The notes: a model not told the origin generated them from the letters alone. 56,082 bases of DNA from Eubacteriales bacterium (GCA_045637265.1 JAZTZC010000470.1:1-56082); one strand, 5' to 3'; counted from the first letter of the stretch, positions 1 to 7,686 are shown. Program-made: numbers and translations.

Positions 1-139
1 ACTTCTACAACAACGAGCGTATCCAGACAAATACAAAACTGACTCCGCTTGAAAAACGAAGCCAGTTCACTTCTTAAAATTTAATATTTCATACCATAGG
101 GGTTCTTTTTGTGCTGTCCGTACAATTTGGGGCAGGACA
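1..139 (+). mobile_element. Right end of an IS3-family (IS150-group-like) insertion sequence, cut by the window edge
   Basis: The transposase C-terminal tail is at 3-77. Segment 114-139 (ctgtccgtacaatttggggcaggaca) read as reverse complement TGTCCTGCCCCAAATTGTACGGACAG resembles the TG...CA terminal inverted repeat of IS150-type elements as I remember it. Confidence 0.65.
3..77 (+). CDS. IS3-family DDE transposase, C-terminal fragment (5' part outside window)
   Basis: Frame +3 reads FYNNERIQTNTKLTPLEKRSQFTS*. This matches the conserved F/YYNxxR...L..(T/S)P.E.R tail of IS3 OrfB integrase-fold transposases. Confidence 0.7.
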   Translation, partial: FYNNERIQTNTKLTPLEKRSQFTS

Positions 140-165
140 GAGCAGAACTCAGAGACAGAGACCGA

Positions 166-289
166 TTTTCTTTTTCTTTTTTTCTTTTCTTTTTCTTTCT
201 CCTTTTGCTCTTCTTTTCTTTTTTGGTTCTTTTTTCTTTGCTTCTCGTTTTCGTCTTTCTGTTTCTGTTCTTGTTTTCTTTTTCTTTTG
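166..289. repeat. Homopyrimidine (+ strand) / homopurine (- strand) low-complexity tract
   Basis: About 125 nt of almost only T and C on the + strand (ttttctttttctttttttcttttc...gttttctttttcttttgc), starting about 25 nt after the inferred IS end. Confidence 0.9.
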
Positions 290-528
290 CGGCTTTTGCG
301 GCGGCAGCAAAAACCACATCCGAATGAGAAATTATGTTTGATATATTATAGCACACGGAAGAACAAAAGTCCAGCAAAACGTATGAGAAAAGTGTAAAAT
401 TTTTGTAAATAATACAAGTGTTCTGCGAAATTGCGGCCTTCAATGCAAAGAAACGGCAGCAAACAGAACAAAAAGGCGGTAAAAATGACAACGAACGGTG
501 TCTGTTTACATGCTGCGGGAGCCGTTGC

Positions 529-895
529 TGCTGCCATCGTATGCTATCGTATTTATGGCAAAGCTATCGTTTGCTATCGTATTTATGGCAAAGCTATCGT
601 TTGCTATTGTGTTTATGGCAATGCCAACGCTTGTCAACGGATGTTAACGCTTGTTGGCGTTTGTTGAACAAAATCCAACAAAGCCCAACAAAGCCCAACA
701 AAGGTCAACAAGGGTCAACAAGGGTCAACAAAACCGAACGAGGTTCCCATTGGCTGCCATTGTTTGCCATCGCTTTTATAGCAAAGTCATCGTTTGCTAT
801 CGTATTTATGGCAAAGCCATCGTTTGCTATCGTATTTATGGCAAAGCTATCGTTTGCTATTGTGTTTATGGCAATGCCAACGCTTGTCAACAGAG
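529..895. repeat. Composite iteron-like tandem/direct repeat array with 10-bp phasing
   Basis: Blocks 529-640 and 752-895 are near-identical direct repeats built from 30-bp units (tatcgtatttatggcaaagctatcgtttgc), x3 and x4. The octamer GCYATCGT recurs at 543, 563, 573, 593, 603 and 766, 786, 796, 816, 826, 846, 856 with alternating 20/10-bp spacing. Between the blocks, TTGTYRAC-like motifs (631-668) face six CAACA(A) motifs at exactly 10-bp spacing (676, 686, 696, 706, 716, 726). Confidence 0.9.
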
Positions 896-913
896 CTTTA
901 TCCATTCCGCAGG

Positions 914-950
914 CAAAAAAACAGAAGCCGCCGTTTGGGCAGCTTCTGTT
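914..950 (-). terminator. Rho-independent terminator of the oxidoreductase gene
   Basis: The minus strand reads cagaagctgcccaaacggcggcttctg followed by tttttttgcc, immediately after the stop at 967. Confidence 0.8.
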
Positions 951-966
951 GGGATTGCATATTCGA

Positions 967-2040
967 TTAGCGGAGGTCGATTTCCTTGTCCTGCTCGGAG
1001 GAATCGTACATAGCCTGCATCATCTTGGAGGTGATGACAAACTGGTCGATGTGAGAGGGCAGCTTTTCGCCGGAGCGGATGCACTTGAGGAAGGAGTCGA
1101 TTTCGCACTGGAACATCGGGTAGGTGTTGGTGTTGAATGCTTCGGAGGTGAGCTTGCCGTCAGCAGTGCCCCACATGGTGAAGCCGCCGCCGTAGGACAG
1201 ACGGATACCAGCCTTGTCGCCGAGGAAGTCGATGTAGGTATCAGCAACGCCGATGTTCTGTGCCCATGCGCCGTTGAGGGTGATGGTCGGACCTTCGGTA
1301 CGGACGAATGCGGTGACGGAGTCGTCAACGTCGTAGGTGCCGTTTTCGACGTCCTTGGTCATTTCAGACCACATGGATTCGTAAACGTAGTTCTTCATAT
1401 CCTTACCGAGCTTGCAGAATGCCTTACCGGAAACGGTGAGGGGCTGCGGGTCACCGGTACAGTACATGACGATATCGAGGTAGTGAACACCCCAGTCGAT
1501 CAGCGCGCCGCCGCCTGCGATTGCCTTGGTGGTGAATGCGCCGCCCAGACCCGGAATGGATCTGTGTGCACGGAAGGAAACGTAAACGTGGTAAACTTCA
1601 CCGAGAGCGCCTTCAGCGATGAGCTTGCGGATCTGGTTGACGTTTTCGTTGAAACGGTTGACGACACCGATGTTCAGAACCTTACCGGTTTCGTGCTGTG
1701 CCTTCTGCATCTCAAGTGCTTCTGCATAGGTGCGAGCAGCGGGCTTTTCGCAGAGGACGTTCTTGCCTGCGCGCAGGAAGTCGATGGAGATGGTCGGGTG
1801 AGCGAGGTTGGGAGTACAGACGGAAACTGCCTCGATTTCCGGATCGTCCAGAATTTCGTGGTAGTCATAGATTGCCTTACCGCAGCCGTACTTTTCAACA
1901 GCAGCGTCAGCGCGTTCGGGAATGATATCGCAGAAATACTTGATTTCGCAGGTATCATTTGCCATGTAGGAAGGAATGTGAGCGGAGTTCGCAATCGTAC
2001 CGCAGCCGATGACGGCTACCTTGATCTTGTCGTTTGCCAT
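967..2040 (-). CDS. Gfo/Idh/MocA family NAD(P)-dependent oxidoreductase
   Basis: Translation begins MANDKIKVAVIGCGTIANSAHIPSY... (Rossmann GxGxxA), followed by EKP motif and a typical C-terminal alpha/beta domain. I chose the ATG at 2040, which has GGAGAA 8 nt upstream, rather than the ORF-track start at 2109. Confidence 0.9.
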   Translation of the reverse strand: MANDKIKVAVIGCGTIANSAHIPSYMANDTCEIKYFCDIIPERADAAVEKYGCGKAIYDYHEILDDPEIEAVSVCTPNLAHPTISIDFLRAGKNVLCEKPAARTYAEALEMQKAQHETGKVLNIGVVNRFNENVNQIRKLIAEGALGEVYHVYVSFRAHRSIPGLGGAFTTKAIAGGGALIDWGVHYLDIVMYCTGDPQPLTVSGKAFCKLGKDMKNYVYESMWSEMTKDVENGTYDVDDSVTAFVRTEGPTITLNGAWAQNIGVADTYIDFLGDKAGIRLSYGGGFTMWGTADGKLTSEAFNTNTYPMFQCEIDSFLKCIRSGEKLPSHIDQFVITSKMMQAMYDSSEQDKEIDLR

Positions 2041-2215
2041 TTTGGTATTCTCCTGATATAAATTTTTGAATTTGGATTTTTGAAAATCCATATGGTATAA
2101 GTATATCAAATTTTGACGGGTTTTGCAAGGGGTTTGAGAATTTTTGTGGTGTGAAATTTGTGTGAATGAGGGTTCGTATCATGATAATGGTACGCGCAGG
2201 TGTTTTCGATACTTC

Positions 2216-2351
2216 GTAGGGCTGGGCTTGTCTCCCGCCGCCCTAACAAATGCGATGGTGAAAGAAACAGAAAAATATGTTTTCCCACAAATTGTTTTCA
2301 AAATTGTAATGTTGAGCGTCCACAACGGCGGGAGCAAGCCCCAGCCTTACG
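2216..2351. repeat. REPIN/MITE-like element, copy A (family 1 GTAG-REP doublet; core inverted relative to B and C)
   Basis: GTAGGGCTGGGCTTGTCTCCCGCCGCC (2216-2242) and the inverted CGGCGGGAGCAAGCCCCAGCCTTACG (2326-2351) flank an 83-bp AT-rich core. The core aligns with the cores at 4510-4595 and 22367-22452. Confidence 0.85.
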
Positions 2352-2383
2352 AATTCATTGGAATGTGGATGTGTTATCCAATA

Positions 2384-4366
2384 TCAATCCGCCACAAACA
2401 TTCGGAAATCAAACTTCTTCGGCGGGCGGGCGGTATTGCGGTCAAACGGCTTGCCGTCGCGCTTTGCCTTCTTTTCTTCGATGTCAAACCACAGATTGGT
2501 GATGGAGATTTCGCCTTCCTGGATGTCGGGGATTTCCAGACCGCCGTCGGCGTTCAGCAGTTCCTCTGCGACATCGAGCAGATTCAGCTTTTCTGCCGCC
2601 AATGCACGGTAGAAGCGGATACGGGGAAGTGCACGCTGTTCTTCAGACAGACCTTCTGTAAACTGCCAGAGCACTGTCCACATCTCGGAGCGGGCAAGCA
2701 TACGCGCGGTCATCTTACACAGGGAATTGTCGTTCTTTGCCATGTTGGCTGCTGCGAGGATCGTCTGGGATGCGGCCTGCATGTTGCCCTTGATACGGAA
2801 CAGCTCGGCACGGGCGTAGGTGTTCCATGCGTTGGTATGGCAGGCGCACGATGCATCCAGTGCTTCCTCTGCGTCCTCAATTTCACCGTTTGCCATGTAG
2901 GCGCAGGCGAGCATGTAGTGCGTCTTCCAGTAATACTTGTCGGGACCCTTTGCAGCCTTCTTTAAGAGATTCAGCCATTCGGGTCTGCGCTGGTAGGACA
3001 GAGGAGCGACCGTATCGTCGTCGTCACCCAGATTCAGCGAGCCGGTCTGAATGAGGCTCTGCCACATTGCCTGATCTGCTCCCATCGTACCGAAGTCGAG
3101 GTGCGGACAGAGACTCGGCATACCCTTTGCACGACGGCGCAGGTTTTCCAGAGCTGCCCAGCCTTCTCCGTACAGCGTCGCGGGAACGGCGGTCAGTGCC
3201 ATGGATTTGGTGTCGATCAGCTCCTGTTCCATTGCCTCGGAGGTGATGACGGTGTCAAGATAGCGCTCAACCTCTGCCTGTGCGCCGTGCCACTCGCCGT
3301 GAATCAGCGCAGGATCGGTGTGCGCAGGACCGTAGTATTCCATCCATTCCCACGCGGTCTTCGGCGGCATCGGGAGAACCTCATACTGGGAATGTGCCAG
3401 ACCGCACTGGATTTCGCAGTAGCGTCCGTCCATATAGTTTCCGCGTCCGTCGTCGCCGGAGAGGAATTCCTGCCACTTCGCGCCGCCCTGTCCGCGTCCC
3501 CAGACAAAGAGCTTTCTGCCCTTGAGGCGCGAGGTCGAGGTCTGAACAAGGCCGTAGCCGTTCTCGTCGATGTGGGAGGTATAGTAACGGTGGTTCTGAT
3601 AGGTCTTATAGAAGTAGTCGATCGCAATCGGATTGTTGGTCGGGTAGGTGACGTCGATGCCGTTTCTCACGGGAATCGGAACGATACCGACACCGCCCTC
3701 AATGGGTGTGTAAGCGCCGTCGGCAGGAACGACATTGCGCGCTTTTTCGTTGGACGGAACGGCAATGTTCGACCACCAGTACATGCCGGTTTCGCGCTGG
3801 CTGTCGTTGACCACGCGCATACGGCAGTGTAAGAAGGTTGCGTCCTCGGGCAGGAAGAAGTCCATCTGATGCGTGACGGCACGGATGCGCTCAAAGGAGT
3901 AGAAGCGCAGAACGGGAACACCGATGCCGGACTGCTCTGCGGTCAGGGTTGCCGTGAAGATCTGCGAGCAGGTGTAGGGATGGTGACCGATGATCGCGCC
4001 GCAGTTCCATTCGACGCCGCCCGATGCCCATGCGTTGCGCAGAGCCAGGTATGCAGGACGGTAGACGTGGTTGGCAAGGAGCAGCTCACGTCCTGCGTCC
4101 TTGTCGTAAAGCGACCAGAGCTTGCCGCCAGCCTCGGGAACGAATGTCGCGCGGATGTGGTCGTTTTCGAGGACATAGCTGTCCACGCCTTCTCTCGGTA
4201 CGTCGTGGGAATAGTTGTCCTGCGTCTTGTACGGGAACGCCGATGTGACACCGCTGTAGCCCAGCCACAGACCGTCGTCGTCGCCGAGAACTGAGGACGG
4301 TCCTTCGGAATCGGGGTTCGGACGGTTGACGTCATAAAGCAGGGGCAGGGTCGATGTGCCGTTCAT
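2384..4366 (-). CDS. DUF5107 domain protein with C-terminal TPR-like region
   Basis: 660-aa ORF. The N-terminal beta-rich part (LPLLYDV...HIRATFVPEAGGKLWSLYDK...GGVEWNCG) looks like the DUF5107 family. The true start is probably upstream, at ATC 4411 behind AAGGAGG (see findings). Confidence 0.8.
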   Translation of the reverse strand: MNGTSTLPLLYDVNRPNPDSEGPSSVLGDDDGLWLGYSGVTSAFPYKTQDNYSHDVPREGVDSYVLENDHIRATFVPEAGGKLWSLYDKDAGRELLLANHVYRPAYLALRNAWASGGVEWNCGAIIGHHPYTCSQIFTATLTAEQSGIGVPVLRFYSFERIRAVTHQMDFFLPEDATFLHCRMRVVNDSQRETGMYWWSNIAVPSNEKARNVVPADGAYTPIEGGVGIVPIPVRNGIDVTYPTNNPIAIDYFYKTYQNHRYYTSHIDENGYGLVQTSTSRLKGRKLFVWGRGQGGAKWQEFLSGDDGRGNYMDGRYCEIQCGLAHSQYEVLPMPPKTAWEWMEYYGPAHTDPALIHGEWHGAQAEVERYLDTVITSEAMEQELIDTKSMALTAVPATLYGEGWAALENLRRRAKGMPSLCPHLDFGTMGADQAMWQSLIQTGSLNLGDDDDTVAPLSYQRRPEWLNLLKKAAKGPDKYYWKTHYMLACAYMANGEIEDAEEALDASCACHTNAWNTYARAELFRIKGNMQAASQTILAAANMAKNDNSLCKMTARMLARSEMWTVLWQFTEGLSEEQRALPRIRFYRALAAEKLNLLDVAEELLNADGGLEIPDIQEGEISITNLWFDIEEKKAKRDGKPFDRNTARPPKKFDFRMFVAD

Positions 4367-4488
4367 GACCGCCGCGCGGATGTCAAGGGTGGTTTTGGTT
4401 AATGTTGCGATGGTGGGGGCCTCCTTGGATTGATTTATGTTGGGGGTGTTTGATTTTGATGGGTGGAGATGGTGGTATCAAGATGCGC

Positions 4489-4621
4489 GTAGGGCGGGGG
4501 CTCATGCCGTTGTGGGAGAACAATATGACGATTCTGTATATCGTTCGTTGGGAAATATATATTTTCTATAATTTCCGTCATCAAATTTGTTATATCGGCG
4601 GGAGCAAGCCCCCGCACTACG
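4489..4621. repeat. REPIN/MITE-like element, copy B
   Basis: The left arm GTAGGGCGGGGGCTCATGCCG (4489-4509) is degenerate. The right arm is CGGCGGGAGCAAGCCCCCGCACTACG (4596-4621). The 86-bp core is homologous to copy C. Confidence 0.85.
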
Positions 4622-4665
4622 CGGTGTGAGACAGTGCTGCCGTCAGCGGACAGCCCCGTCGAAGA

Positions 4666-5748
4666 TCAAACATACACCTGCTCAACCGCAAACGTCTTTC
4701 TGTCCTCCGACACGGTGATCTTCGTACCGCCGATTCTGCCGCGGGTGTGGTAGTCGTAGGTGCCGGTCTTGACGCCGTGGGTATAGCGGATGCCGTCTTT
4801 GCCAAGAACGGAGATCTGGCACTTATGGCAATGACCCATAAAGACGCCGTCGACATCTGCCGACTGAAACTCTGCCGAGCGGGCTTTCTGGAATCTGCCG
4901 CGCGGCATACGTTCGTTTTTGTAGCCGGAGTCGCCTTCATTGGCAGGAGCAAGTACGCGCGCGGGATTGCCGTCCTCGCAGGTGTTGGGAGAGGGAACAT
5001 CGGCGTCGATCTTTGATGCGGGAGCGGTGCCGGCGATGACATAATTGCCGCCGTCCGCATCGTCTGCGTCCTGATAACCGGCATCGATCATCGCGGTGAT
5101 GTAGTCCTCGGTCGGGATATGGAAGCAGGCAAAGCCGGGGATCGGACGACTGTTCTTTTCGCGCAGATCAGCGGCGGTGGCGGTCATCCACGCAATCTGG
5201 TCGTCTGCCATGCCGTGAAGCCGTGTTGTATCGGGGTCTGTCGCGCCCCAGCAGCAGTTGGAGTCGAGCATATAAAGCACGCGGACGAGTGTATCGTCGT
5301 CGTAGATGCCGACTGCGTAGTTGGAGTTGCCCGTGAGGGTTGTCGAGCGGCGGAAGAGGCAGTTCGGTGCTTTTTCAAGCATACGGCACTGCCGATACAC
5401 GCCGATTTTTGATTCGTTGTCGTGGTTGCCGAAGACCGGTGCCCACGGAATGCCAAACGATTCCATAAACGCAATAAAGCCCGCAAGCGCGCGTCCGGAG
5501 TCGTCAAACTCGCCGTAAACGATATCACCTGTGATGATAATGAGGTCGGGATTCGTTTCCTCAACCACCGCACGGATGGGATGATAGGCGCACATCTCAA
5601 CGTGCTCGGTCTTCCATGCGTCGATTTCGTCCTGACGTAAACGATCGGGCGTTCTCCGCTGGTATGCGTCGATAACCTGCATGTCGGTTAATTGGAGAAT
5701 CGTGAAGGATTTTCCGGGGGTTATGTGTAATTGGCTGTCAAGTTTCAT
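4666..5748 (-). CDS. Calcineurin-like metallophosphoesterase
   Basis: Motifs LQLTDMQ, GDIVYGE, GNHDNE and GHCH are present. RBS AAAGGAA lies 5 nt upstream of the ATG. Confidence 0.88.
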   Translation of the reverse strand: MKLDSQLHITPGKSFTILQLTDMQVIDAYQRRTPDRLRQDEIDAWKTEHVEMCAYHPIRAVVEETNPDLIIITGDIVYGEFDDSGRALAGFIAFMESFGIPWAPVFGNHDNESKIGVYRQCRMLEKAPNCLFRRSTTLTGNSNYAVGIYDDDTLVRVLYMLDSNCCWGATDPDTTRLHGMADDQIAWMTATAADLREKNSRPIPGFACFHIPTEDYITAMIDAGYQDADDADGGNYVIAGTAPASKIDADVPSPNTCEDGNPARVLAPANEGDSGYKNERMPRGRFQKARSAEFQSADVDGVFMGHCHKCQISVLGKDGIRYTHGVKTGTYDYHTRGRIGGTKITVSEDRKTFAVEQVYV

Positions 5749-5824
5749 GGTGGTTCCTTTCGGTGGAATTCTATGAGCGCGTGAGGCATACCTGGCTCCT
5801 CTCTACGCGGGTTTGTACGTTATG

Positions 5825-5850
5825 CGGCGGGAGCAAGCCCCCGCCCTACG
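5825..5850. repeat. Solo family 1 GTAG-REP unit
   Basis: CGGCGGGAGCAAGCCCCCGCCCTACG is almost identical to the right arms at 4596-4621 and 22453-22478. No partner arm is present within 150 bp. Confidence 0.8.
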
Positions 5851-6000
5851 CGGATAATGGAACATTTGCGAAAAATACACAATATCACTACCATTTTACC
5901 GATTTTTCCCGCAAAGTCAATCACTCCGCTCAAAAAAGTACGGCAAAAACCGATTTTCGGTGAAGTGCACAAATAAGTGCGCTTGTATTTGTGCAATCGG

Positions 6001-6034
6001 ACAAAAGAAAAACCGAACCCATGTGGGCTCGGTT
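6001..6034 (-). terminator. Rho-independent terminator of the 6053-6769 gene
   Basis: The minus strand reads aaccgagcccacatgggttcggtt followed by tttttcttttg. A second perfect 10-bp hairpin (tgcacaaata/tatttgtgca) lies at 5966-5995. Confidence 0.75.
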
Positions 6035-6052
6035 TCTCGGATATGTTTTGTT

Positions 6053-6769
6053 TTATGCGTTTTCGGATGCCTTGTTCTTCAGTTCTTCCTGCTTGACGCG
6101 GACGGACTGACGGTAGATGATGTCGATTGCTTCGTCGACGTCAGCGGTATTTCTGACGCAGTATTCGAGGGTCTTGCCGTCCTTGAGGTTGATCTTGTAG
6201 ACGTCAACCTTGAGGGTGCAGTCCTTGCCGTCGACCATCTTGAAGGTAACTTCCTGTTCGTCGAGCTGAGAGGAAACAACATCTTCCCATGCGAAGTGCA
6301 GGTTTTCCTGTTCCATTTCGTCCTTGAGGATGGAGAACTTCTTGGAGAGGATACGAAGACCGTCGTTGGTGAAGTTCATGAGCAGACCACAGTAGTATTC
6401 GGTTCTGTACTTGAGGTCCTTACCGCGCTTGACGGGAACGGAGGATTCACGGGTGAAGTCGTAGCCGCCGAGAATGACAGCCTTGTGGATGACTTCGTAT
6501 CTGCGGGGGAACTTAAAGAGCTCGGAAGCGTCAGCTTCGATGGTGTTCATCTTGGAAGCGACAGCACCGTCGACGTCATCATCCTTCATGCCGCTGGTCA
6601 GGCTTGCGATCATGAAAATGATACCGGCAACAGCGATCAAAATACCAATCATGCGAGTTTGGTAATTCAGAAGGATTGCGAGTACAACACCGATGAGAAT
6701 GATCGGAAGACCGATTAAGAACAGCTTACTGTTCTTCTTGAAATACTTTTGATTCTTTGCGAAATCCAT
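6053..6769 (-). CDS. Hypothetical membrane protein (two N-terminal TM helices plus a soluble domain of about 170 aa)
   Basis: 238-aa ORF with RBS AAAGGAG. A consensus promoter TTGACG-17-TATAAT lies upstream on the minus strand (about 6815-6843). I do not recognise the family. Confidence 0.7.
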   Translation of the reverse strand: MDFAKNQKYFKKNSKLFLIGLPIILIGVVLAILLNYQTRMIGILIAVAGIIFMIASLTSGMKDDDVDGAVASKMNTIEADASELFKFPRRYEVIHKAVILGGYDFTRESSVPVKRGKDLKYRTEYYCGLLMNFTNDGLRILSKKFSILKDEMEQENLHFAWEDVVSSQLDEQEVTFKMVDGKDCTLKVDVYKINLKDGKTLEYCVRNTADVDEAIDIIYRQSVRVKQEELKNKASENA

Positions 6770-6981
6770 GGGAAAAAACTCCTTTCGTTGCGGTTATTTT
6801 TAACCTGTTACTTCTATTATATCATGGACTGGGAAAATCGTCAAGAGATAACAGGAATTTTGGCGGAAAAATTTCGGGGAATGAGGAGGGGGATAGGGGA
6901 AGTTGAGTATCGAATGGTTTCAATGATCGCGTAGGGCGGATGTGATAATGTCATCGTGTGACAGACAACATCGCGTGGAAC

Positions 6982-7449
6982 TCACCCCTGATTATCCTTA
7001 TTCTTCGTCATTTCCTCCAGCGCCTGCATGAACGTATGCAGATCGCGGAACTCGCGGTGGACGGAGGCGAAGCGGATATAGGCGACCTCATCGAGTGCCT
7101 TGAGGCGTTCCATAACCATAACGCCGATGTGGCGGGAGGAAAACTCGGTGTGCAGGGAATTCTGCATTTCTCCTTCAATTTCGGAGACGAGTGCTTCCAT
7201 CTGTTCCTTGGTGACCGAACGCTTGTCGCACGCCTTCATGATGCCGGACAGCAGCTTATTGCGGTCGAACAGCTGCTTTGTGCCGTCCTTTTTGATGACG
7301 GTGATCGGGATGGAATCGACGATCTCGTATGTCGTGAAGCGCTTCTGGCAGGACAGACATTCGCGTCTGCGGCGGATGCTGGTATATTCTTCGACGGGGC
7401 GCGAGTCTGTGACTTTGGATTCGGTATAACCGCAGTTGGGACATTTCAT
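6982..7449 (-). CDS. nrdR: Transcriptional repressor NrdR
   Basis: MKCPNCGYTESKVTDSRPVEE...RRRRECLSCQKRFTTYE gives the zinc ribbon, followed by an ATP-cone. The start is at the MKCP methionine (7449), not the ORF-track 7464. Confidence 0.95.
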   Translation of the reverse strand: MKCPNCGYTESKVTDSRPVEEYTSIRRRRECLSCQKRFTTYEIVDSIPITVIKKDGTKQLFDRNKLLSGIMKACDKRSVTKEQMEALVSEIEGEMQNSLHTEFSSRHIGVMVMERLKALDEVAYIRFASVHREFRDLHTFMQALEEMTKNKDNQG

Positions 7450-7657
7450 AGGTTGATCCTGCACCCGGCGGGGTGTTTTCCTTTCTTGCTCTGTGGGCGG
7501 AATGACTTTCTGATTGTAATATTATACAATAGATTGATGAAAAATGCAAGGGGATGGACGAATGTTTTGGAAAAATCAGAAATTCGTGATCAGAATGGTG
7601 CATTTGTGAACTCCGTATGTCCGTCAAATAGACTTTCCATGAATTTCCAAAAACATA

Positions 7658-7686
7658 TTGACAAACGAACATTCGTGTGTTATAAT
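7658..7686 (+). promoter_or_regulatory. Consensus sigma-A promoter with a palindrome in the spacer
   Basis: TTGACA (7658-7663), a 17-nt spacer aacgaacattcgtgtgt, then TATAAT (7681-7686). The spacer contains ACGAA-ca-TTCGT. Confidence 0.7.

Noticed and set aside
81-491. 136-aa minus-strand ORF with a K/R/E-rich C-terminal half
   Set aside because: The charged region is just the translation of the homopurine tract. There is no RBS, the C-terminus runs into the IS terminal repeat, and the N-terminal half has no coding-like features.
431-1013. ORFs 431..667 and 651..1013 (repeat peptides YRIYGKAIVC...), and the possibility of a CRISPR array
   Set aside because: The peptides are direct translations of the 30-bp tandem units. 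The repeats are contiguous with no unique spacers and no cas genes, so this is not CRISPR and is unlikely to be coding.
418-2061. 547-aa plus-strand ORF
   Set aside because: It is an antisense shadow of the Gfo/Idh/MocA gene and the repeat region, with Gly/Val/Asp-rich nonsense composition typical of the reverse frame of GC-rich genes.
6929-6945. gcGTAGGGCGGatg, a possible further REP copy
   Set aside because: Only the first 11 nt match family 1 and no palindrome follows. It is noted as a possible fragment but too short to call.
7664-7680. Calling the spacer palindrome a bona fide LexA (Cheo) box
   Set aside because: It has two mismatches in the second half-site (GTGTG versus GTTCG). It is kept only as a low-confidence hypothesis in the findings.
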